This document shows positions 12,241 through 25,181 of a DNA stretch of 64,000 nt, one piece after another. A model generated the notes under the pieces. It made no database searches. It was not told where the DNA came from and was given only the letters and a program-made list of their open reading frames with translations. How positions within the stretch are numbered: position 1 is the stretch's first letter; each line of letters starts with the position of its first letter. Made by a program: the position numbers and the translations under genes. Origin of the DNA: Eledone cirrhosa (lineage: Eukaryota). Where the stretch lies: the NCBI GenBank assembly GCA_964016885.1, contig OZ024743.1, forward strand, positions 30,132,001-30,196,000, given 5' to 3'.

Positions 12241-12900
12241 CACACACACACACACGCACCCCCCCACACACACACACGCACGCACACACACACACATACA
12301 CACACACACACACACGTACACACACACTTATATATATATATATATACACACACATATATACATACACACATAGATACATATTTATCTATCTCTCTCTCTA
12401 TATATATATATACATATATATATGTCCTCCCTTGGAGAAAATCACGTGTCTATAGCGAAATTTACTGCTAGAACACACCCGCTGAGGCTATAGAAGGCAA
12501 GACTTGTTGACGAATAAAATCCTTTGTTCTGTCGTCAAAGTACATTAAATCTCAGACCCTGCAAGCGGAATAAGTCGATCTCAGATTTACAGAAACCTAG
12601 CGTGGATGTTACATGTTATTTGTGATGTATATCGTATGCTATACGATATGCATTATGCATTGCATTCGGTATCCGCGTGATGGTCCAGGTCAGTCAAAAA
12701 TCTTTTCCTGAGTACAGTCTTTTTCGTTGCTTTGGCAATGCGGCTGGACTTCCAATCCCTATATTTGATTTGCAAAGCTGTCTAAACGTATTGCTATAGC
12801 TGTGGGGTATTATTCCCCATCGAGTGCTAAAGCTAAATTCCGAATTTGCATTCGTTAGCTTAGCCGCAGTCTAAAGCTTCGTTAATGCTGTACTAAAATT

Positions 12901-12943
<43 letters not shown>

Positions 12944-13086
12944 ATTATTAGCTATAGGATTATCCTGGAAGCAGTACTGGTTAATTACTACACTGGATAG
13001 AGCTGACGTCGGTTAGCGGTTACTCAACAAGTTATGAAAGAACAGTTGAAGAAAATCAGTTCCTCATTCTTTATATACATATATAT

Positions 13087-13589
<503 letters not shown>

Positions 13590-13655
13590 TGTATATATAT
13601 ATATATACATATATGTATATATACATATATGTATATATATATATATATATATACA

Positions 13656-13726
<71 letters not shown>

Positions 13727-13808
13727 GTTATTCCGGGTTGAATCGGAGGTAACCACAGTAAGTAAGGTACTCAATACATAGCAGAGTATAACAGTTTTAA
13801 TATAGATG

Positions 13809-13859
13809 AGATTCTACAGGACTAGAACTGTTTCATTCATTAGAAATCATCAGGAATCT
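13809..13859 (-). ncRNA. Type-I HHR in the 3' pLTR of PLE-3
   Basis: Revcomp agattc CTGATGA tttc taat gaat GAAAC ag ttctagtc ct GTA gaatct; 6-bp stem I, weak stem II. Confidence 0.8.
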
Positions 13860-14399
13860 GGGTATCAAAAAATAAATATGGTATTTATAGGTCTCTACAA
13901 GTGGTAGGAGAGGGTGGGGAGTTGGATGGGTGCAGGTCATTGGTTGATAGAAAAGGGAATTCATTAAAAGCTAATTCTACAAAGCTATAGTTAATTTTTA
14001 TTTTTATTTATATTTATTTATGTTTTTAGAGTAACAAAGGCAGACAGAATTCTATAAACAGGTTCCGGATGGCATACCATTCCTTGTCAATAAGTTCCTC
14101 TTAAGCTAACAGATGTCTATAAAATCAGTGGGGGGTCAGTCAAGCTCGATAGAATTAAAGAAGAGGGAGATTCTTTAAAAGCTAAAGTCATTAAGGTTCT
14201 ACTAAGTGACAAAGGTCTAGGGAATTCTGCAGACAGATTCAAAATACTGAGTGCATATCTTACTATTATCTTCGAACTTCTCTTAAACTAATCAACAATA
14301 TGCCAAAATCAACAGACACATTCACAAAAAAACAAAAAAACAAAAAGACAAAAAAAAAACAGAAAAACAAAAAAACACACACAAAACAAAAAAACACAC

Positions 14400-14584
14400 A
14401 TACTCACTCACACACTTACGCGCAACCATAAACACACACACAAACACATATACACACATAAAAACACACACACACATATATAAAAAATATATAAATATAT
14501 ATAAAAATATATATTCATGTACACACACATACATACACACATACATACATACATATATAAAATACATATACACATATACATACG

Positions 14585-14632
<48 letters not shown>

Positions 14633-14675
14633 TATATATATATATATATACATATATACATATATATACAAACAC

Positions 14676-14719
<44 letters not shown>

Positions 14720-14763
14720 ACACACACACACATATATATACATATATATATATATACACATAC

Positions 14764-14828
<65 letters not shown>

Positions 14829-14990
14829 GACATACACATACATACACACACACACACATATATACACAAATAAATAGACTCACACGCATACATACAAACA
14901 CGAGTATACATATGTATAAATATCTATACACACACACATACACACACATATATATATACATATACATACACATATATATACATATACATA

Positions 14991-15048
<58 letters not shown>

Positions 15049-15085
15049 TATATATATATATATCTCTATACACACACATACAAAT

Positions 15086-15125
<40 letters not shown>

Positions 15126-15276
15126 ATACATACACAAACATACACATACATACACAGACCTATACATAAATATACACATATATATACAGACATATAACGC
15201 ACATATACACACACATATATACATACACATACATATACACATACATATACATATATATACATATATACATATATAC

Positions 15277-15343
<67 letters not shown>

Positions 15344-15366
15344 TATATATATATACATACACATAC

Positions 15367-15399
<33 letters not shown>

Positions 15400-15545
15400 C
15401 ACACACACGCGCATACACACATACACACACCCACACAAAATATATATACACACACACTCTCTCTCTCATGCACATATATATATATATATATATACATACA
15501 CACACACATACACACACACATACACATATATATACATATATATAC

Positions 15546-15588
<43 letters not shown>

Positions 15589-15673
15589 CATACATATATA
15601 TACATATATACACACACCTGCCCACACAATCATATACATATATATATATACATACATACACATATACATACAT

Positions 15674-15744
<71 letters not shown>

Positions 15745-15797
15745 TATACATATACACATATATATACATATATATATATACACACACACACACGCAC

Positions 15798-15832
<35 letters not shown>

Positions 15833-15891
15833 TACATATATACATATACACACATATATATATATATATATACATATATATACATATATAT

Positions 15892-15922
<31 letters not shown>
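14400..15922. repeat. Long compound (TA)/(CA) microsatellite, one of many TA, CA, GA and TAA tracts in the window
   Basis: Direct reading of the sequence. Confidence 0.95.
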
Positions 15923-15928
<6 letters not shown>

Positions 15929-16085
15929 AAAGAATAGAGGTGTAACACACAAGTTATTATATATTGGTAAACGGAATAGAAAATGCTGACAAATTGTTCA
16001 CAGTTGAAAAATGGTTTAATTAGGAATAAAAGAGTATTAGTGATTGTATGGGTTAGTATTCAGTTGTGGTTTTAAGTTTTTAAGT

Positions 16086-16122
16086 TTTTACCGGTTGCGC
16101 ATTTCTAAATGCTTTTCAAAAA
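16086..16122 (-). ncRNA. Variant HHR (UUGAAAA/GCAA core) in the inverted pLTR of PLE-2
   Basis: Revcomp ttt TTGAAAA gcatt taga aatgc GCAAC cg GTA aaa. Confidence 0.6.
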
Positions 16123-16473
16123 TAATTTTGAGATAGAGTGTCCGTGCTGTTTGCTCTGATCTGATTAGTTTTGGGAATTCTACCTGTTTTTATGTTAAAA
16201 AAATGGCTCCAGCGTTATTTTTGTGTTGCAAAAATGCTTGTGGTCAAAACAATTTTGATTGGTCGGTAGAGGTCATGTGAATGTAAAAAGTTGATTTTGC
16301 GCCAAGACTGTTTTTATGTTAAAATGTTAGAAAAGTGGCTCCAGCAAAAATTATGGTCAAAACAATTTTGTTTGGTCGACAAACTTGACTCCACAAATAA
16401 GGAAACCGCCACCGGATACAAACCCTCCGAAATCGGCGACAAACTCCAAAACCTTTGCGATACTATCCAAACT

Positions 16474-17595
16474 ATGTTCACTACTACCAACCCAGGAAAA
16501 ACCAACGAAGAACCATGTGAGATTGATTCACACAAAATGAAAATTCGAACAATTCCAAAATGGAACAAATCCCTCAGAGACAGAAAGTTCTCATTCTGGA
16601 AGATGATACAAAATCACAACAAAGCAGAGATATATGAAAAATGGCTTAACTCAACTCCTCTAACTCTCCCCCGTAAACTACAAATAAAGTCCATTCCAAA
16701 TGAACCCGAACCTCAAAGACACCTTAGGGAAAGAATGGCATTGGAAAAAATGAAGACAGAAATTGAACTTCTTAAACTGAGGGCCCAGACAAATGAGGAA
16801 AAAATCAAAACCATCGATGAAGAGATACTCCTGGAAATCAACAACAAAACTGAAGGCCCCAAGGTAGAGAAGATCTCCAAATTATGGAAAGGGGACTGCA
16901 ACAGAGAAGAACTGAAATCCCTTCAACGCTGGGAAAAAAGTGCCGCTTGGTTCCTACACTATGAATCGACTTTTCAAACGGATTACACCTCCAATAACCC
17001 GTTCATAAAAATAGGAAAACCCATAACTGAACCGCACAACAACTTCTCAAACCCCCAAGCCTCAAACAAACGAAGAAGGAAGCATCACACCGAAGATGAA
17101 CTTCCCAACCTCGCTACCATAAGAAGGAACAAAAACCCAAGAAATCATCTCCCCCAGAATGACATTTACAACTTTCCCCCTTCAAGGAGACACCATACCA
17201 AATCACTCAACTACTACGCGGATTCCTCATCGTCAAACATAGGGAAAAGATACCACCGCCATGATAGATGCAACAACTTCCCCGCCTCAAGGGGACAGCA
17301 AGGTAATTACCATTTTCTCAACTCTCACTTCCACAATACACAACAAACCCACACCACACGATACAACCAACAACGTAGGCCACTTATAACACCACAATAC
17401 AACATGGCACATAGAAACACACACCCATACTCCCAGTACAGGAACACCCCATTCAATCTACAACCACCAACCCGAACCACATTTTACAACAACAAGGAAT
17501 ATAACAAACACAGGAGACCACTTAACATCAGCAGACAACCCCTCTACCCCAACCATTTTTTAGACACAGCACACAGATACAGGCAAACAAAATAA
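16474..17595 (+). CDS. PLE-2 ORF1: charged, coiled-coil-like N-part and basic His/Asn/Arg-rich C-part; true start uncertain
   Basis: Open frame (RERMALEKMKTEIELLKLRAQTNEEKIKTIDEEI); the track start at 16291 lies inside the inverted pLTR; first ATG outside it is at 16474. Confidence 0.65.
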   Translation: MFTTTNPGKTNEEPCEIDSHKMKIRTIPKWNKSLRDRKFSFWKMIQNHNKAEIYEKWLNSTPLTLPRKLQIKSIPNEPEPQRHLRERMALEKMKTEIELLKLRAQTNEEKIKTIDEEILLEINNKTEGPKVEKISKLWKGDCNREELKSLQRWEKSAAWFLHYESTFQTDYTSNNPFIKIGKPITEPHNNFSNPQASNKRRRKHHTEDELPNLATIRRNKNPRNHLPQNDIYNFPPSRRHHTKSLNYYADSSSSNIGKRYHRHDRCNNFPASRGQQGNYHFLNSHFHNTQQTHTTRYNQQRRPLITPQYNMAHRNTHPYSQYRNTPFNLQPPTRTTFYNNKEYNKHRRPLNISRQPLYPNHFLDTAHRYRQTK

Positions 17596-19880
17596 CACAA
17601 GACAGGGAGGAGAAACCGATAGTAATAAAAATTATCAATCTTACTAGTGCAGAACCAACACCCAACCTTATCAACTTACTCTCCAAAGGTCTTAAATTCA
17701 CACCGACCCCACTACGTCCTAACTACTATGAAATGAAGGAAGACATCACAGACTTCTGTAGAAAGTTACGACTTAGTGAACAACTATTCGACCAGTACAA
17801 TGAGGATGAATCATTAGCCAGAAATAGAAGCAATTACACCCCTTCAAAAGGTAGAAATAAAATCCTGGACGAATTCTGTGAACACATCACAAACTTCCCT
17901 TACCAACACTTGCACAGACAAAAACACAAGCCAAACCTCAACAAGAAAGAATGGGAAGAATTAAATAGATTAAAAACCGACAGAACCATTACAATTAAAG
18001 AGGCTGATAAAGGGAGTACAGTAGTCCTAATGGAGACATAATTCTATATCAACTTAGCGCTCTCCACTTTGGAAAACGAAACATACTACGAAAAGGCTGA
18101 ACACTACAATCAACAGAAAATTATGAGAAACCTAAAAGCTCTAATCAACCAATACAAAGAAGGACTCACTAACAAGGAATTCAGCTTCATCACAGACTTC
18201 ACAAGTAAATCCAGCCTTTTCTACGGTATCCCTAAAGTACATAAAAGCGAATCAATCAGTAAGGCATGCAAGGAAGCCACAGACATAGTCATCAATGTCC
18301 CCTCACCCAATGATCTCAAATTAAGACCTATAATAGCAGGCCCCGCTTGCGAAACGCACCGTCTTAGCAACTTCATTGATACCCTTCTCAAACCCTTCCT
18401 CAAGCACATCAAAAGCTATATAAGGGACGACCTAGATATGCTCAATCACCTCCCTATTATGCCACTTTCTGAACAAACCCTACTAGTGACGTTCGATGTA
18501 GTCAACCTATACTCCAACATCCCCCACAACCTAGGAATAGAAGCTATCCAATTCTGGCTGGATAACTTCCACAATGAACTCCCACAACGCATCAAAAAAG
18601 AATTCGTGATAGAGGGACTCAAATTTATCTTGGAGAACAATTACTTCGTTTTCAATAACAAACCCTACAGACAGAAATCTGGGACCGCTATGGGAACGAA
18701 AACAGCCCCTACGTATGCCAACCTAGTCATGGGATACCTGGAAATCACCCTCTACACTAAAGTCCTAAACAAATTTGGAAACACCCTCCACTTACACATT
18801 GAAAGGAACTGGAAGCGATATCTTGATGACTGCTTCATCCTTTGGCACGAAAACATCGAAAAACTTAAAGAATTTCACACCCTTATAAATGGGCTCAACA
18901 CAAATATTAACTTCACGATGGAATACAGCCATCAACAACTCCCCTTCCTCGACATCCTCATTAAGATCCATAACAAAAAAATAGAAACAGACATATACTA
19001 CAAGCCCACAGACTCCAAGCAATACCTCCCCTTCAACTCTTGCCACCCTAGACACGTTAAAATTAATATTCCCTACAACTTAGCCAAGAGAATCTGTACT
19101 ATAGTCTCCAATAAAAACATCTGCTACTTACGGCTACAAGAACTAAAGGACACACTCATAGGCAGGGACTACCCTGCATCACTAATTGACAATGGAATCC
19201 AACGTGCCCTAAAACTCAGTACCCAGGACCTTAGACACCCTAAAGTAAATCAACCAAAACTAAAAGCTCTTCCATACATCTCCACACACAACCCCCTCAA
19301 CAACGAGGCCTTTGACACCATCCTCCAGAACATCCCTGTATTGAAAAAGGACCATAGAATGAACCAAATTCTACGAACACACGATATCATAAAGAGCAAA
19401 AGACAATCCAAGTCAATGAAAAACATCTTAACACATGCCAAAGTACTGCCAACCACAACAACGAAACCCACAGTAAAAAAATGCGATAGACCCAACTGTG
19501 GCATTTGCATCAACCTAATAGAGGGTTCGGAATTCTATTTCAAAGATGGACAACGTTTTATAGTAAAACACAATTTCACATGTGCATCGGAAAATGTAAT
19601 ATATGTATTAACTTGTTCAGGTTGTCGTGAACAATACATAGGCCAGACCAAAAACAGCCTCCGCCAACGCATGACTGTCCATAGATCCCAAATTAAAATA
19701 CGGGAATACAGGAAAATACCACTGAGTGAACACATTGATACCTGCGCCGCCCAAAATCATCCCAACTTCAGAATCTTTCCCCTCTACAAATTTAAAGATA
19801 ATGCCACCCACACCCAGCGCATCAGCAAGGAATCTTACTTCATTAACAAATACGGACCCCGTCTAAACACTTCTCCCTAA
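17559..19880 (+). pseudogene. PLE-2 RT + Cys knuckle + GIY-YIG frame with one premature TAA (18039-18041)
   Basis: INL..LSKGLKFTPTP, EADKGSTVVLM, FYGIPKVHK, LRPII, FDVVNLYSNIP, GTAMGTKTAPTYANL, RYLDD, FLD, CDRPNCGIC, NVIYVLTC..C..QYIGQT, GPRLN. Confidence 0.92.
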
Positions 19881-20061
19881 GACGAACCCACAACATACAC
19901 ACGTCAACATACATACCTACATCAGCACACATCTCTACCCACATATAAACACAATGACACACGTAAACACACATGCTCTATGGTGCAATACAAAAAAATA
20001 TGTGTGCATATATATGTATGTATATATGTATATATATATATGTGTATGTGTAGTGAAAATA

Positions 20062-20101
<40 letters not shown>

Positions 20102-20486
20102 GTGAATATCATTTCACACCTTTTATTGTTAAGATTGTTGATGTTCTATTAAGAGAACCGATTTTACTGAAAAAATCGAATAATGTACACCATTTTACCA
20201 GGGGGGAAAAAATACTGGTCCACCCACACACGCACACACACACACGCACGCGTGTATGCACAAACACATACACACGCGTACATCAACATACAAAGAGACT
20301 TATACACACACACACACACGCACTTCTCCGTATAAGACAAAAGCTGAAAAATATCTTTTGACCTTCGAATGACTCTGCTGTGTGTATGTACGCACACACA
20401 CACACACACACACACTTATCTTAATAGCCATTTGACACACATCGCTGGTGGCTATTGTCGCAGCATCGAACACCTTACTACTACTA

Positions 20487-20520
<34 letters not shown>

Positions 20521-20841
20521 TTGTTGTGAAAGAGTCATTTCTCAATCTTGGCGCAAAACCAATTTTTTATCCACATGACCTCTACCGACCAATCAAAATT
20601 GTTTTGACCATAATTTTTGCTGGAGCCACTTTTCTAACATTTTAACATAAAAACAGTCTTGGCGCAAAATCAACTTTTTACATTCACATGACCTCTACCG
20701 ACCAATCAAAATTGTTTTGACCACAAGCATTTTTGCAACACAAAAATAACGCTGGAGCCATTTTTTTAACATAAAAACAGGTAGAATTCCCAAAACTAAT
20801 CAGATCAGAGCAAACAGCATGGACACTCTATCTCAAAATTA

Positions 20842-20878
20842 TTTTTGAAAAGCATTTAGAAATGCGCAACCGGTAAAA
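20842..20878 (+). ncRNA. Variant HHR (UUGAAAA/GCAA core) in the 3' pLTR of PLE-2
   Basis: ttt TTGAAAA gcatt taga aatgc GCAAC cg GTA aaa; compensated U3-A8, A13C, palindromic ACCGGT. Confidence 0.6.
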
Positions 20879-20996
20879 ACTTAAAAACTTAAAACCACAA
20901 CTGAATACTAACCCATACAATCACTAATACTCTTTTATTCCTAATTAAACCATTTTTCAACTGTGAACAATTTGTCAGCATTTTCTATTCCGTTTA

Positions 20997-21039
<43 letters not shown>

Positions 21040-21120
21040 TTACATACATACACACATAATACATATACATGCATACATATATATATATATATATACATAC
21101 ACACATACATATATATACAC

Positions 21121-21156
<36 letters not shown>

Positions 21157-21297
21157 ACACACACATACTTATACACATATATATACACACATATACACAC
21201 ACATACATACATACACACATACACAGACATATACATAAACATACACACACACATACACACGTATACATACATACATACATACACATACATACACACA

Positions 21298-21347
<50 letters not shown>

Positions 21348-21444
21348 CATACATATACACAAACACATACATACATATACATACAAAAATATACACACAT
21401 AAAACATAAAACACATATACACACAAACATATATATACACATAC

Positions 21445-21477
<33 letters not shown>

Positions 21478-21504
21478 CAGATACACACACATATATATAT
21501 ACAT

Positions 21505-21562
<58 letters not shown>

Positions 21563-21749
21563 ATATACATATATATATACACACATACATACATACATAC
21601 ATATACACAAACACATATACACACATACATACATACATACATATACACAAACACATATATACATATACCTACATAAATATACACACATAAAACACATATA
21701 CACACAAACATATATATATACATATATACATATATATATATATACATAT

Positions 21750-21796
<47 letters not shown>

Positions 21797-22014
21797 TACA
21801 CATATACACATATACAAACAAATATATACACATACAAGTAAATAGGTACTCAATAAATATACGCATATACACAGGCACATAAAGACACCTCTACAGGCAG
21901 AAAATGTAGATACGAAAGAGGTACTCACATGACCATAGTGGCCGTATTTCAGGTTGAGGAGGGGTGGGGGTAGGGTGGGGAGGAGGTATAGGGCCCAGTA
22001 GGGGGAGGTCGTTT

Positions 22015-24156
22015 TTAGCCATCGGGCTTTAACACTGGCTTAAAGTGTTTGAATGTTGCAAAGTTCTTGTGCATGCAGTTCGGGCAGTGTTCAGAGAGTT
22101 TGTTCAGTAGCGGGCCCTTGGCGAATAAAATTTCGTAGCTCTCTGAAATACAAAGGTCGCAGCCCTTGTGTCCTCCGTTGTAAGAGCGCGCTTTCTGGAG
22201 TAATTTCCAATTAAGCGTGAAGGGGGTGGAGTTCCTTTTGAGGTCCCAAACGTAGGAGGCGAGTGTTGTTTGATTTGATTTATCCGGTCTTCTGAAGGAG
22301 TGGGTATGGGCATACCAGCGGGTCTTAAAGGTGTTGGAGGTCATGCCGATGTAAGTTTTTTTGCAATCCTCGGTGCCCGAGATGACATCGCATTTGTATA
22401 CGATGTCATTTGTGAGGCATTTGTTTTCTAGTGGGCATGCTTCCTTATTTAGGCAATTACATAGAGCCCCAGTCCGGGGATTGGTTTCGGAGGTGGTTGG
22501 CTTATTTAGTTTAGAGTTGTGGTTGGCTATATTCCTAGCTAGGTTAGGTGTGGTGGAGTAAGAAAGTCTTATAGTGTTCTTATTAAAGATGGTGTAGTAC
22601 CTATGTTGTATGGGGAAGTGTAATTTCAGTAAAGTGAAGAAAATCCTAGCTATCGGAGTAGATACCTCTCTATTGAAGGGAGGGTTGTACCAGCTAATCT
22701 GCCTATGTCTATTCCTCCTCTGCAATTTTGCGGTGGTTTCTAGGTAAGTTATCTTATCTTTAAATCCGCTACGGGCTAGGGCGTCATTGTAGTAGGAGGC
22801 AGATGCATTAAAAATATCTTTGTTGGCGGAGAGGCCAGATATTCTAATAGAGACGCTTTTTACTAGGTTATCAGTAATGTTTTGGGGGTGGTTTGAATTA
22901 ACATTAATATATTTAAGGGACTCATTAGGTTTGTGGTACGGGTAATAGAGGGAAGTATCTAGGTCGAGAGTGACATCTAAGAAGTTGGCCCTAGTCAAAT
23001 TAGAATCTATAGTTATACTAAATCCTAGATTAGAGAAGAAAGAGCTTAAGTTTTTCCGAAACCCATCGGTGGTTCTGGGGCTAACCTTATGCAGGGCGAA
23101 GAGGCCGTCGTCTCGGTATAAACCTCCAGTTAGGCCGGTAAAGAGGTTCTTCAGGTTATGTAGGATGTACAGGCCCACAAGGTCGCTAATTTCAGCCGAG
23201 TCACTCGCCCCCATGCTAACGTCAAATGGGGTCTGAGATTTCTTGTTGATCCAGTAAGATCCATCGTGGTATAGAAAGGTCTTACGAGCGTGGAGGATAA
23301 TAACTTGCTCGGCATCGGTAATGGTGGTAAAATTCCTGGCAAAGTTAATTGCGTCCTTCAGGAGGGGCTCCGAGATAGAGGCATAGTAGTTTTCTATGTC
23401 GAGTTGCAGGAAGCGAGTGTGGTGTTTATCGGGTAATTCTCGGAACCATGATATTGCCTCAGATGTTCTACTCCAGAGTGGAAGTGATGAGGCCGCCCGC
23501 AGTAATGGTAGAACTCTATCCAGGATCTTCTTACTGATAGAGCCGATGTCAGAACGAGTGGGGTTGATAAGTCTGACTGATGGTTTGTTGAGGAAATTTC
23601 CCTTATGGTCCTTCAGGGTAAAGTGCGGGGTCTTTACCCTTAAAGGTTAGGTTCGGTCATGTAATTTAAGGGACTTGGCGATTTCTTTTCCGGCCGCGTT
23701 TGTCTCAGTCAGCGCCCTCTCTATTACCTTTTTGTAGGTGGTCGTGATGGTATTTTTTGCCAGCTTATTGTAGGTCTGTGGGTCTACCTCATAAACGTTT
23801 TTGGTTTTATCGGAGGAGACATAAAGATTAGGGGATTTTTTTATATTCCGTAATTCGGCATTTAAGTAGGCCTGGAATGGTGTGGTGGCTCTACGGAATT
23901 TAATATCCTTGATCATCTTGAAGAGGTCTTCCTCAAATGGTTGGAGTAGGCTGTTGGTGGGTGGTGTCTTATTCGTTTTGAAGCCGAACTTCTCATCATT
24001 GGTAGATGCTACATCAGGGTTGTCGAGGAAGAAAGCCCTCCATCTAATTCGCTTGATGAACTCGTCGGTACGTCTGATGAGTGTTTTTAAGTATAGTTTC
24101 CTTGGAGGGATAGGGATGTTCTTCAAGGAAATATCAAGGTCGAGTTTGGTCAGCAT
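22015..24156 (-). pseudogene. PLE-3 polyprotein (713 codons; RT + GIY-YIG, Hydra-clade-like) with one in-frame TAA at 23647-23649
   Basis: SLKNIP, RWRAFF, FTLKDHK, LDIENYY, MGASDSAEISDLVG, GLYRDDGL, FLDVT, WYNPPF, CNC..CPL..CL, IVYKC..YIGMT..FKTRW, CDLC..E, LLNK; frame otherwise open by manual translation. Confidence 0.92.
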
Positions 24157-24246
24157 TGTTTCTTGATGATGGTTATAAGGGGCACAGAGAGTGCTAAAAT
24201 GTACGTTATTCCGGGTTATAAATACCATATTTATTTTTTGATACCC

Positions 24247-24297
24247 AGATTCCTGATGATTCCTAATGAATGAAACAGTTCTAGTCCTGTAGAATCT
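24247..24297 (+). ncRNA. HHR in the inverted 5' pLTR piece of PLE-3
   Basis: agattc CTGATGA ttcctaatgaat GAAAC ag ttctagtc ct GTA gaatct. Confidence 0.75.
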
Positions 24298-24337
24298 CAT
24301 CTATATTAAAACTATATATATATATATGTATGTATGC

Positions 24338-24734
24338 AAAAGTTCTATTTAAAATTGTTGGGATATAAATATTTTATAACTGATATAAAGCACTCGACAA
24401 GTTTTTGGAGTAGATATACGATATTAATAAATGGAAACTATATTTATAAAACCATATTTATTTCATTATACATATTTCAGGGATACCAAATTAAAATATA
24501 GTATGCCTTCATCAGACAAAATACAATATATAAACAGTTTTATAAATAATTTTGACGTACCCTATTAAATGCAACCATTATTTTTGTCTGATTATTATTG
24601 TATTTTGTCTGATGAAGGCATACCATATTTTAATTTGGTATTCCTGAAATATGTATAATGAAATAAAGATGGTTTTATATATATAGTTTCCATTTATTAA
24701 TATCGTATATTAATAAATGGAAACTATATTTATG
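24338..24734. mobile_element. Foldback mini-element with an HHR in each arm (24461-24521 on -, 24603-24663 on +)
   Basis: Arms 24414-24528 and 24596-24710; ttttgt CTGATGA aggcatacca tattttaatt tggtattcct GAAAT atgt ATA atgaaa, overlapping AATAAA. Confidence 0.82.
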
Positions 24735-25065
24735 CGAGCAATGAACGTTGATGTGGGTTTAACCCCCAAAACTCTTTCCGAGCAATATAAGGAACACTTT
24801 TGATTATTTATGCCCTTGAGAAGCCCAACTGGGCGAAACGTACTATAGTGCTATTTTAAACAAACGTGTTTTAACGGTCTATTCTCCGATTTTTTACTTT
24901 TCCACGTGCTTACGCTCTGCTAACTCCCTAACCCACTAAATATTAACACTTCGAATATTTAATACTGCCGGCACTAGTATCGAGCGCCTTTGGCATACGC
25001 TACTTGGCAAATAACTATATGTATCACCTATCCTCCCCTTTTTTCTCTTTCTCAATACGTAAATA

Positions 25066-25152
<87 letters not shown>

Positions 25153-25181
25153 CATATGTATATACATATATATATATATAT

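Larger units (their letters stand above)
15923..21003 (+). mobile_element. PLE-2: Neptune-like PLE with ~420-bp inverted pLTRs and two overlapping reading frames
   Basis: ~15960-16378 = revcomp of 20586-21003; ORF1 and an RT/GIY-YIG frame lie between; flanked by (TA)n. Confidence 0.9.
13724..24314 (-). mobile_element. PLE-3: near-intact PLE whose 3' microsatellite is interrupted by PLE-2
   Basis: 24217-24314 = revcomp of ~13792-13889 (5' inversion); tacgttattccgggtt occurs at 13724 and 24202; ORF 22015-24156; CA/TA tracts at 14400-15922 and 21002-21840 share strand bias. Confidence 0.8.

Noticed and set aside
14322-15950. Long YIYI/VCVC/HTHT ORFs here and throughout the track
   Set aside because: Translations of TA/CA microsatellites, which lack stop codons
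24157-24300. N-terminal extension of the PLE-3 ORF from ATG 24300, and of PLE-2 ORF1 from 16291
   Set aside because: These starts lie in inverted pLTR pieces and are fortuitous
24812-24860. TTGAGAA gccc aact gggc GAAACGTA as a hammerhead
   Set aside because: Core and stem II fit, but no stem I can be formed; at most a remnant
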